From a virus (Duplodnaviria; Heunggongvirae; Uroviricota; Caudoviricetes): a stretch of DNA of 36,043 bases. The translations under genes and the position numbers were made by a program. The notes beneath the pieces are model-generated. The model was not told the origin of the DNA. It saw only the letters and a list, made by a program, of their open reading frames with translations, and searched no databases. Of the stretch, positions 6,881 to 15,420 are shown piece by piece (position 1 is the first letter of the stretch; each line of letters starts with the position of its first letter). Where the stretch lies: positions 1 through 36,043 of IMG/VR virus record IMGVR_UViG_2693429599_000012; one strand, 5' to 3'.

Positions 6881-7483
6881 TTATTTAGAGGACTTACATT
6901 TTATCGGAAAAAGTTCTCCATCGTCAATACTCATAAAGAACTCTGCCTTAATCCCGTACTTCTTCAACCGTGAATAGTATGTACCCCGACTTATATCAAC
7001 CTTGCGAAGCACTTCAAAGAACCCTTTAGGATCGTTGTAATAGTGGCTATAACGCACGTTAGCGAGTTCTACAAACAATTCCCTTGTATCACCATAGCCT
7101 TTCTTGAATGCCTCGTTACGATAGCGTGTAACAGCGTGATTCAATCTCTTCTGTTTCAACACTTCTCGGATCGGCTTCCATTGCAACCGATAGACCGGAC
7201 CGTCATCAATCCTGTAAAACCGCTTGATATCAAAATCAAACCAATCTCGGACTCTCTGGAACTCTGTATGTGATGTTCTATGCTTCTTAAAGAAGTTGTG
7301 AACGTCTGTATAACCATTATCGCGGTAAAACTCTATTAAAATCTCTTTCGCTTCCTCACGACTAAAGCCAGATGTTGTGTAGTCGGTTTTTAAATGCTTA
7401 TGCTTAACTGGTAAACGATATTCATGATCGGTACAAGACAAGGCTAATTCTAATTCATCTCTTTGTTGTTGATTAATTAGCAT
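6881..7483 (-). CDS. Hypothetical protein (200 aa) with C-terminal HTH of the same family
   Basis: C-terminal ISRGTYYSRLKKYGIK matches the HTH of the two small paralogs; N-terminal domain unassigned. Confidence 0.5.
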   Translation of the reverse strand: MLINQQQRDELELALSCTDHEYRLPVKHKHLKTDYTTSGFSREEAKEILIEFYRDNGYTDVHNFFKKHRTSHTEFQRVRDWFDFDIKRFYRIDDGPVYRLQWKPIREVLKQKRLNHAVTRYRNEAFKKGYGDTRELFVELANVRYSHYYNDPKGFFEVLRKVDISRGTYYSRLKKYGIKAEFFMSIDDGELFPIKCKSSK

Positions 7484-7570
7484 ACAACCCCCTTAAATCT
7501 TAATACCCGTATTTATCAAAAAATCAACAATTTAATAAATACCTTCATATTTCGTAATGAGGGTAATTAC

Positions 7571-9475
7571 ATGAAACTAATTTCTAATAAGGCCAAATTA
7601 AAAAAGATTCTTAAAAATATCTCTGCTGCAATTCGACCGCCTAAAGCCATGAAACCTAGCGAATGGGTAGAGGCTAATGTAGTTGCTACCGATGGTGTTA
7701 AAGCCGGATCGCTAATTAAATTGCATCCCTTCCAACGTGGAATGATGGACGCGATCACCGAAGACCGTAGAAAAATTGTGTTTAAATGTTCGGCGCAGTT
7801 GGGTAAGACCATGATTCTTAACGGAATTATCTTCCATCGGATCGCGAGTAACCCTACTAATATTGGGGTCTTGCAAAGTAACGTTAGGGAACTAAATTCT
7901 TGGATCGCTGGTAAGGTGAAGCCAGTATTAGAGGCAACGCCAGAATTAAAAGCGATGATCACCGACAAATCAGATCGCAATGCCGTTAACAACTCATCGA
8001 TTATTCAGCTTCGTAACGGATCGTTTATGTATTTCATGTCGTTGAATAGTCCGTCACATCTTCGCGGTAAAACACTCCCTTTGATTATTCTTGATGAAGT
8101 TGATGCGGCTGATGAGTCAGACGAAGGGAACCCGATCCAGCTAGCGGAACAACGCGCAACCACTTTCGGGGAAGATGCAAGGATCGTAATTGCTTCCACT
8201 CCAACCGCTCGTGATGGGGCGATTAACCAACAATGGGAACTCTCGGATAAGAGAAAATATCATGTCGTTTGCCAGCATTGCGGACACAAGCACGTAATGG
8301 AATGGAGTAACGTACATTTCGATTGGCATACGATTAACGGTAAATCATTACCCAACCCAGATACAGCCGTTTACCGTTGCCCTGAATGTGAAACCGACTG
8401 GACCGAAGGGGATCGCCTCCGTGCTGTTGCTCAGGGAGAATGGGTCGCCACCGAACCTAATGCGGAAGTAATCGGTTTTCATGCTAACCGCCTTATGTCT
8501 CCGTTTAGTTCTATCCGTGCGTGTGTGGTGGACTTTGCTGATAGCTACGCGAATATGTCGCTGGCAACGTTCTATAATGTGGTGCTCGGTGAAACCTTCG
8601 ATGATCTTAACGAAGATCGCACAGCCGACGAACTGGAAACGCTGAAAACTGATATTAGCCTAGACAATATTCCTGATGATGTACTGGCTCTGGTAGGTGG
8701 AGTTGACCAGCAAAAAGACCGTCTGGAATCTACCTTGCTGGGTATCTCTCGTAAGGGGATATGCGTAGTTGATCACCGATCATTCTATGATGTGAACTGC
8801 GAACGCCACGAATCGCCAGCATATGACCAGCTTTATAACTTCCTGAAAGCGAAATTCTATACCCGATCCGGTGAACGAATCCCGATGCTATCTGCTTTCG
8901 TGGACTCATCGAACGGACGAGCTACAAACGTGATCTACCGTTTTTGCACTAGGTGGCAAAACCTATGCGCCATTAAAGGCGCAAGTAATGCTGATGCTCC
9001 AATCCTTCCGGCTAAGGACACAAGAACGGGTGGTTTTACCCTTAAAATTCTGGGCGTAAACAACCTTAAAACGATGATCCGTGAAATGATTAACCGGAAC
9101 TTGAGAGACAGCGATCCTCATACGGTCTTCCAGATTGGCGACGTTCCTGATGACTATTGCGAGCAATTGCTTTCTGAACAGTTGAAACGGCAGGGTAATA
9201 CCACACGTTGGGTAAAAGTTGGTCAGCAACGAAACGAGGCTCTCGACTGCCTGGCTTATTCCTATGCTGCTTCTCGCCATGTACTCAATAAAATGTCATG
9301 GGAAAAACTCGAAGCCATCAAAGATAGTTTGAACCGTGAACCAGAAGAATCCGTAGAAGCTCCTAAATCGCAATCTGACGAGAAAATAGAAGAAACTAAG
9401 CCAATCACACGACCACAACGTAAAAACATCGCCAGACGCCCAAATAGAGGCCGTAGCTGGGTAACATCGTTCTAA
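7571..9475 (+). CDS. Terminase large subunit (lambda GpA-like)
   Basis: Walker A-like KCSAQLGKT and Walker B-like LIILDEVD; HPFQRGMMDAI near the N-terminus; 634 aa; positioned upstream of the portal gene. Confidence 0.85.
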   Translation: MKLISNKAKLKKILKNISAAIRPPKAMKPSEWVEANVVATDGVKAGSLIKLHPFQRGMMDAITEDRRKIVFKCSAQLGKTMILNGIIFHRIASNPTNIGVLQSNVRELNSWIAGKVKPVLEATPELKAMITDKSDRNAVNNSSIIQLRNGSFMYFMSLNSPSHLRGKTLPLIILDEVDAADESDEGNPIQLAEQRATTFGEDARIVIASTPTARDGAINQQWELSDKRKYHVVCQHCGHKHVMEWSNVHFDWHTINGKSLPNPDTAVYRCPECETDWTEGDRLRAVAQGEWVATEPNAEVIGFHANRLMSPFSSIRACVVDFADSYANMSLATFYNVVLGETFDDLNEDRTADELETLKTDISLDNIPDDVLALVGGVDQQKDRLESTLLGISRKGICVVDHRSFYDVNCERHESPAYDQLYNFLKAKFYTRSGERIPMLSAFVDSSNGRATNVIYRFCTRWQNLCAIKGASNADAPILPAKDTRTGGFTLKILGVNNLKTMIREMINRNLRDSDPHTVFQIGDVPDDYCEQLLSEQLKRQGNTTRWVKVGQQRNEALDCLAYSYAASRHVLNKMSWEKLEAIKDSLNREPEESVEAPKSQSDEKIEETKPITRPQRKNIARRPNRGRSWVTSF

Positions 9476-9481
9476 TAACTC

Positions 9482-9505
9482 GCCGTCCTTCGGGGCGGCT
9501 TACTC
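9482..9505 (+). terminator. Weak hairpin with TTCG loop after the terminase gene
   Basis: GCCGTCC-TTCG-GGGCGGC stem with one G-U pair; poor T-tract. Confidence 0.3.
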
Positions 9506-9547
9506 CTAAATATTGTTAATCCAATAACAATTAAATAAGGGGTAATT

Positions 9548-10042
9548 ATGAGTTTAGAACTAATTCCCTTAGTAATTCGTAAAGGCGAAAAAATCACGCT
9601 GGCGAATGAAGAGGGTGTAACAATTCAGGTAGGTAATAGCAAAGGCATTGTCTATCGGGTCGATGATGCACCGGAAAATCACGAGATTAAAACGTTAGAC
9701 TTTCCAGAAGGGAAGATGACCATTGTTATTACTCTTGATGAAGAACTGGTATCAATGCAGGAATTAACTGTATTGCCAGTATTCGCCAAACAATCCAAAA
9801 AAGAACATCTGCGGGAAACTATCGCCTTAATCGAGCAAGTTATTTTCGCCCGTTTATCTGGGGACGAAGCCGCATTATCTCAAATGACCGTGAAAGGGAA
9901 TACTTTCGCTTATGAGTCATTGGGTGTTCTCCAGCAATTAAAGACTGATTATGAACGTCAGTTATCAAAATTAATTCAAGCCGAACGACGTAAACAGGGA
10001 ATTAGCCCGATTAAAAATATCAAATTACGTCTTACGCGATAA
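9548..10042 (+). CDS. Hypothetical protein (164 aa) between terminase and portal
   Basis: AAGGGG RBS; position analogous to a head completion gene. No motif recognised. Confidence 0.5.
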   Translation: MSLELIPLVIRKGEKITLANEEGVTIQVGNSKGIVYRVDDAPENHEIKTLDFPEGKMTIVITLDEELVSMQELTVLPVFAKQSKKEHLRETIALIEQVIFARLSGDEAALSQMTVKGNTFAYESLGVLQQLKTDYERQLSKLIQAERRKQGISPIKNIKLRLTR

Positions 10043-10052
10043 GGGGTAAAAC

Positions 10053-11564
10053 ATGTTTAATCTTTTTCGACGCAAAAAGGCGGTAGAAACTCCAGTTAAA
10101 ACTAATCACCGCCAGCAACAACCAAAAATTTTCATCGACAAACAAGTAGAAAAATTCCAGAAAGATTTGTCTAAGCGTTCTTTGGGCTTGGTCGGTGATC
10201 GCATTGATGGATCACTTCAACAAGACACCATTACAGGAACCTTCAATAAGGCTCTCAAATCGAACGGTAAGCGTCTTTATGATCAGGGTCGTACTCTGGC
10301 CTTAAACACTTCCGTTGGCAGTCGCTACACGCAATACATCACCGATATGGTGGTTGCTACTGGCCTAGATCCTAAGCCGTCAATCGTTAAATCAAATGGC
10401 AAACTTGATAGCGCACTGAATAAGCAGATCGAGAATGCTTTCTGGAAGTGGGCGCAGAACGCTAAACGCTTCTCTCGTAACGGTCGTTTTAACTTCCGTG
10501 AACTGCTGGTAATGGCTGAACGTGAGCGCGTTATGGGTGGTGAGTGCTTCATCGTTTTAACCAAAGAAAACAATGAGTTAAATGTTTCTATCCTGTCTGC
10601 TGATAAGTGCGACTGGTCGCTCAACCGTGAAGTAAGCAAAGACCGTGCGATATTTCAGGGGATTGAGTATGACGTAGAAACAATGCGCCCTGTTGCATAC
10701 TGGTTTCGTAAAGTCAATCTACTGACTCAGACCTACACAGGTGATAACTATCGTGTCGAGGCTTCGCAAGTATGCCATTATTATCAACCACTTACGGCTG
10801 AATCTCTGCGTGGTGTGACTGACTTCCTACCAGTGATCAAGGATATCGCACATCAAGACGCATTCCGCGAAACTGCAATTATCCAGAAACGCATTGCAGC
10901 TAGCTCTATGGGCTTTATCGAACGTCCGAAAGATTCTGGTGACGATTTTGATACTGGCGAAGATGAAGACCAATATCAAGTGCCGGAAGTAGTACAGGAT
11001 TTTGCACCGGGTACTATTCAGGAATTGCCGGAAGGGGCAACGATTAAATCAATCCAAGCTACTCAATCAGGCGATGACTTTAACAGCTTCAATGATGCGA
11101 TGTTCACTAGCGTATCAATGGGCTTAGGCGTGTTTAAACAGGGCTTGACTGGTGATACTTCCCAGATCAACTACAGCGCCGCGCGTTTTGGTGAATTAAC
11201 TCAGCGTAACCGCGTTAAAGCACTGCAAAACAAATTAATTGAAACAGTGGTATTGCCAATTTTCGAAGCATATCTACGCCATTATTCCGCGCGTGGTATT
11301 GTTCCGATTCGTATTACTGCAATTCCGCATATTATCGATAACACTACTATTATTCGTCCGCGTTTTGAATCCGTCGATCCATTTAAAGACGTAAGCGCCG
11401 AGATTGCTTTAATTGATAACGGACTTAAATCACGTACTGCCGTTATTCTTGAACGTGGTGATGATCCTGAAAAAGTATTCTCAGAGATTCAAGCCGAAAA
11501 GAGCGCACTAAATATTATCGTTAATGGCGAGGGTGAAGAAAAAAATTCCCCAGCCGATCCCTAA
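10053..11564 (+). CDS. Portal protein
   Basis: 503 aa; immediately downstream of the terminase large subunit and upstream of the protease-capsid gene; acidic segment DSGDDFDTGEDEDQYQ. Called mainly from size and synteny. Confidence 0.7.
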   Translation: MFNLFRRKKAVETPVKTNHRQQQPKIFIDKQVEKFQKDLSKRSLGLVGDRIDGSLQQDTITGTFNKALKSNGKRLYDQGRTLALNTSVGSRYTQYITDMVVATGLDPKPSIVKSNGKLDSALNKQIENAFWKWAQNAKRFSRNGRFNFRELLVMAERERVMGGECFIVLTKENNELNVSILSADKCDWSLNREVSKDRAIFQGIEYDVETMRPVAYWFRKVNLLTQTYTGDNYRVEASQVCHYYQPLTAESLRGVTDFLPVIKDIAHQDAFRETAIIQKRIAASSMGFIERPKDSGDDFDTGEDEDQYQVPEVVQDFAPGTIQELPEGATIKSIQATQSGDDFNSFNDAMFTSVSMGLGVFKQGLTGDTSQINYSAARFGELTQRNRVKALQNKLIETVVLPIFEAYLRHYSARGIVPIRITAIPHIIDNTTIIRPRFESVDPFKDVSAEIALIDNGLKSRTAVILERGDDPEKVFSEIQAEKSALNIIVNGEGEEKNSPADP

Positions 11565-11609
11565 TAACCAACGGGGGCGCAATGCCCCCAATTAATTAAA
11601 GGTGATTAA

Positions 11610-13610
11610 ATGCTTAAATTTCGCCGCGAACTTAACGGTTACGGTGGAGTTATTAACGAAGGGCATAACGATCAATACGAATTTGAAATTGCTTTCTCCA
11701 GTGAACAGCCTTATCAGCGCCAATTCTGGGATGAGCAAAATCAAGAAATGGTGGTATTAGATGAAATTCTGGTACATACACCGGAAGCGGTTGATCTGTC
11801 TCGTCTGAATAATAACGCTCCGTTGCTGTTTAATCATAATTTCGATAATCACATTGGCGTCGTTTGTAACGCTCGAATCGATGCGGATAAAGTAGGCCGT
11901 GCGACCGTTAGATTCTCTAAGCATGGCACTTTGGCTAATGATATTCGCAATAAAGTCATTGAAGGTACGATGGAAAAAATTTCTGTCGGTTATGACATTA
12001 AAGAATATCACATCGATTATGCCAAAGGACAATTGATTGTTACTAAGTTTGTTCCTTTCGAATTAAGTTTTGTTACGGTCCCGGCGGACGATTCGGTCGG
12101 TTTAAATCGCTCTCTAAATACTATCACAGTTAATTTGGAGGCTAAACGCGATATGACTAAAGAACAAATTGAAGAAATCAAAGAAGAACAAGAATCCGCT
12201 CAGGTTGAAGAAACTCCGGTAGAAGAAAATAAAGAATCGGAAGTAGAAGAAACTCAAGAGCGCCAAGTTGAAGAGAATGAAGAAAATGAAAATCTCGAAG
12301 ACGGAAAAGACGCTGAACATCCTGAAAGTGTTGATGATGATAGTTCAACTGTTCGGGAAGCAGAAGAAGTAAAAGAAGAACGTGAAGCCGCTCCGGTTGA
12401 AGAAGAAAAAACCGAGGAAGTGGCTGAACGTTCCGAAGAAGACGAATTAGAAATCCGCGAGATCGCGCGGGAACTAAATATTGACGACGAAGAATTAAAA
12501 CGCGCATTGGCAATTAAAGACATGACGCCGGAAGCATTCCGCACTAAGGCACTAAATAACATTACCAATGCTCAACGTAATAACGAACAAATTAAGGAAT
12601 CTAAAATGGAAAAAACTTTTGACCTGAACAACGTAATTCGCTCTCTGGTAGATGGTGCTGCTCTGGGTGCTAACGAAGCCGAGTTTTCTGCTATGGCTGC
12701 TGGTGCTGCAATGCAGCGTGGTCGTGCTGCTCGTGGTGGCTCTGTATTCGTTCCGACTGCTGCTATGCGTGCTGCTGCTGATGGTAACACCAAAACTACT
12801 CTGGAAGCTGTAACCGACGAAAAACTGCTGAATGATTCCTATGTAGCGATGCTGTTACCGGAATCCGTTCTGGGTCGTCTTGGTGTGAAAGTCCTGTCTG
12901 GTCTGACTTCGCCGACTGCTATTCCGAAAATGACCGCTTCCAGCGTTGAATCTTTCGGCTTCGTTGATGAAAACGGTGCTGCACCGGAAGGTAAAGCAGA
13001 ATTTGCAAACGTGAAAATGGCTCCGAAAACTTTTGCTGGTGGCAACCCGATCAGCCGTCAGTCTCTGAAAACCGTTCCGGGCATCGCTACCCTGATCACT
13101 GATCACATTAACCAGGCTGTTCGCATCAAACTGGAACAACTGATTCTGTCTGATAAAGATAATGCTCGTGGTCCGGCTGGTGTGATTAAACAACTGGTTG
13201 ATGCAAGCCGTGTTGAGAAGAAAGCTGCTTTCTCTTACAAAGACTTCCTGAAAGAAATCGCTAAACTGACCGACGCTGGCGTTCCTGCTCAGGCGATCAA
13301 GTTTGCGATGAGCGGTGCAACTGCTGCTGAACTGGAATCTACCCTGAAAGATAACGGCGTTTCCGGTTATATCATCGAAAACGGTAAACTGGCTGGTTAC
13401 GAAGTAGTTACTTCTGGTGTTATTCCGGTAGACCACATCGTTCTGGGTGACTTCTCCGCTATTACCATCGGTGAATGGGGCGGTCTTGAGCTAGATCTGG
13501 ACGATTCAACCTACAGAGCACAGGGCGCGATCGTTCCGCGTATCTGGGTAGATCTGGATTATGTTGTTACTCAGCCGGAAGCTCTGAAAGTTCTTCACAT
13601 CTCCGAATGA
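11610..13610 (+). CDS. Fused prohead protease (HK97/U35-like), acidic scaffold-like linker and major capsid protein
   Basis: N-terminal ~170 aa carry protease-like motifs (ISVGY, ELSFVTVPADDSVG); residues ~180-300 are a highly acidic, repetitive linker; the C-terminal ~350 aa look like an HK97-fold capsid protein. Confidence 0.75.
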   Translation: MLKFRRELNGYGGVINEGHNDQYEFEIAFSSEQPYQRQFWDEQNQEMVVLDEILVHTPEAVDLSRLNNNAPLLFNHNFDNHIGVVCNARIDADKVGRATVRFSKHGTLANDIRNKVIEGTMEKISVGYDIKEYHIDYAKGQLIVTKFVPFELSFVTVPADDSVGLNRSLNTITVNLEAKRDMTKEQIEEIKEEQESAQVEETPVEENKESEVEETQERQVEENEENENLEDGKDAEHPESVDDDSSTVREAEEVKEEREAAPVEEEKTEEVAERSEEDELEIREIARELNIDDEELKRALAIKDMTPEAFRTKALNNITNAQRNNEQIKESKMEKTFDLNNVIRSLVDGAALGANEAEFSAMAAGAAMQRGRAARGGSVFVPTAAMRAAADGNTKTTLEAVTDEKLLNDSYVAMLLPESVLGRLGVKVLSGLTSPTAIPKMTASSVESFGFVDENGAAPEGKAEFANVKMAPKTFAGGNPISRQSLKTVPGIATLITDHINQAVRIKLEQLILSDKDNARGPAGVIKQLVDASRVEKKAAFSYKDFLKEIAKLTDAGVPAQAIKFAMSGATAAELESTLKDNGVSGYIIENGKLAGYEVVTSGVIPVDHIVLGDFSAITIGEWGGLELDLDDSTYRAQGAIVPRIWVDLDYVVTQPEALKVLHISE

Positions 13611-13807
13611 ACTAACGTAGAACCTTCTGAACCTTCCCCCGATTTGGGGGAAGAAAATCTGATTCCATCTCAGGAAGAAGAATCCCAGACGGTTACGGCG
13701 AAAGCCCCAGCTAAAAAGGTGGGACGTCCACCGAAAGCAAAATAATAATTAGCCCTGCCTAACGGTGGGGCTTTTTTGTATGTAAATACTCCATAAAGGG
13801 GGTAACT

Positions 13808-14098
13808 ATGTTCAAATTATCAGAATCACAATTATCAAGAATGTTCCGAAGTGCTCCTGTATTTTCGGTGGAAGGTGGTAAATCAATTCGTGCTTATCAT
13901 GAAATTACTACTACCGACGAACAAGGGGTAATGACAGAGACAGAATTTCTATTTTGTCGTGAGGGAGACTTAAAGCAGGGTGATATTGTCATTGTAGAAA
14001 ATCAGCGTTTCAAAGTTCAATACGTTAAGCGCAATGGTGACAATACAACTGATTGCTTTATCACTCTGGCAGGGGGTACACATGCTCGCTACCGTTAA
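13808..14098 (+). CDS. Putative head-tail connector / head completion protein (96 aa)
   Basis: AAGGGGG RBS; small gene right after the capsid gene. Function from position only. Confidence 0.4.
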   Translation: MFKLSESQLSRMFRSAPVFSVEGGKSIRAYHEITTTDEQGVMTETEFLFCREGDLKQGDIVIVENQRFKVQYVKRNGDNTTDCFITLAGGTHARYR

Positions 14099-14504
14099 TA
14101 ACATGCCTAGACTGAAAATCAAACGCGCCTTGCAAGATATTATCGAACAAGATTTAGGTCTGGCTTTAAACGTAGAACAAACTCAGCAAGGCTTTAGTGA
14201 TGATGTGGTTTGTTGGATTACTGGCATGAATGAGACTTACACAAGGGTCCGTGGTGGTAATGCAATGCAAGCTGAATGCGTTATCGAAATGCAATTATAT
14301 TCCCAAATTCATGAAACCAAAATCCATGAGGGTATTTGCCAGATAATCCAGATTCAGCCGGATAACCCACGTTTTAAAGATTTGGGCTTCGCTATTTCAG
14401 ATATCACTCCAGTAGCTTCTAACACCGATTATGACGATGATTCTAGTGATGGGGGTATCGTTGGGACACTTAGCCTTAAATTTTCTTATGTAGCGCGTTT
14501 TTAA
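14082..14504 (+). CDS. Putative head-tail connector / tail completion protein (140 aa)
   Basis: AGGGGGT RBS 5 nt upstream of the ATG at 14082; overlaps the previous gene by 17 nt (translational coupling). Confidence 0.4.
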   Translation: MLATVNNMPRLKIKRALQDIIEQDLGLALNVEQTQQGFSDDVVCWITGMNETYTRVRGGNAMQAECVIEMQLYSQIHETKIHEGICQIIQIQPDNPRFKDLGFAISDITPVASNTDYDDDSSDGGIVGTLSLKFSYVARF

Positions 14505-14513
14505 GGGGTAATA

Positions 14514-15347
14514 ATGAATATTACACAAGATAACTTAGACATTTTCACGGGGTCACATGTTGAAGTCTCCGTGTCTACTATGGTGGATAACCAGCCGGAC
14601 TTTTTCGATCCTGCATTTAGTCCTATCGAGAACATCGCAGCATTCCCTACGATCACCGAATCTACAGAGATCCAGACGTTAGAAGAGTATGACCAGGACG
14701 CTACGGGGAAACTTGCTGGTTATCGTAAACTGGAACCGACAACACTCACGTTAAACCGTGTTCTGGATGACGAACATCAAGACATGTTGATGAAAGCGGT
14801 GAATGATAAAACACCTTTACGCTTCCGAATGTTCTATGTTGTGAACTCTGGCTATAGTGCTGCTAACACTGGTTACTATGTCATCTATGATGCTTACGTC
14901 ACATCACATAAAACCCGTGGTAGCGATAACAAAGTTACTACCATCGAATTTAAATTAGATCCTGATGGTGGGATTCTCGACCGTGGTATTGCCACCGAAG
15001 GCCGGATCTTACGTCAAGGTGATTTTGGTTTGGGTGCTGGTGTACATCCATTCACAGGTCCGATTGATAGCGAAGCATTAGCCGGAAACCGTTTCGTAAC
15101 TTATCAGGGATCGAGCGCATCTAATCCATTTAGTGCTGATACTTCACTAATTCACGTTCAACCTAATGAAGATGGTGGATGGCAATTAACTTGCACCGCT
15201 TCCGGCGCACCACGTTTACGAGTTCGCACAGTCCAGAAAGACGGTAATTCTGGATGGGTGAAAGTGTATTCCACAGAAGAAAAACCGACACCAGCCGAGA
15301 TTGAAGCCGTTTCTATCCATGACCGGATCGACTTCGGGGAATACTGA
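14514..15347 (+). CDS. Tail protein with lambda gpV-like N-terminal pattern and C-terminal extension (candidate major tail protein)
   Basis: The N-terminal ~140 aa follow a major-tail-protein-like pattern; the C-terminus carries EEKPTPAEIEAVS, shared with the downstream fiber (GDKPTPAEIGAYS). Confidence 0.4.
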   Translation: MNITQDNLDIFTGSHVEVSVSTMVDNQPDFFDPAFSPIENIAAFPTITESTEIQTLEEYDQDATGKLAGYRKLEPTTLTLNRVLDDEHQDMLMKAVNDKTPLRFRMFYVVNSGYSAANTGYYVIYDAYVTSHKTRGSDNKVTTIEFKLDPDGGILDRGIATEGRILRQGDFGLGAGVHPFTGPIDSEALAGNRFVTYQGSSASNPFSADTSLIHVQPNEDGGWQLTCTASGAPRLRVRTVQKDGNSGWVKVYSTEEKPTPAEIEAVSIHDRIDFGEY

Positions 15348-15373
15348 TTGCTTCTCTAAATAAAACATGACGC

Positions 15374-15405
15374 GGGAGGTTAACGCCTCCCTTATTCCTG
15401 TTTTA
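15374..15405 (+). terminator. Putative terminator after the V-like gene
   Basis: GGGAGG-ttaacg-CCTCCC followed by TTATTCCTGTTTTAT. Confidence 0.45.
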
Positions 15406-15420
15406 TAGTGAGGTGATTCG

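Noticed and set aside
12114-13436. Minus-strand ORFs inside the capsid gene (12114-12320, 12178-12513, 12254-12568, 12855-13436)
   Set aside because: Antisense to the protease-capsid gene, whose product has recognisable motifs; these are an artefact of the repetitive GAA-rich linker and biased codon usage.
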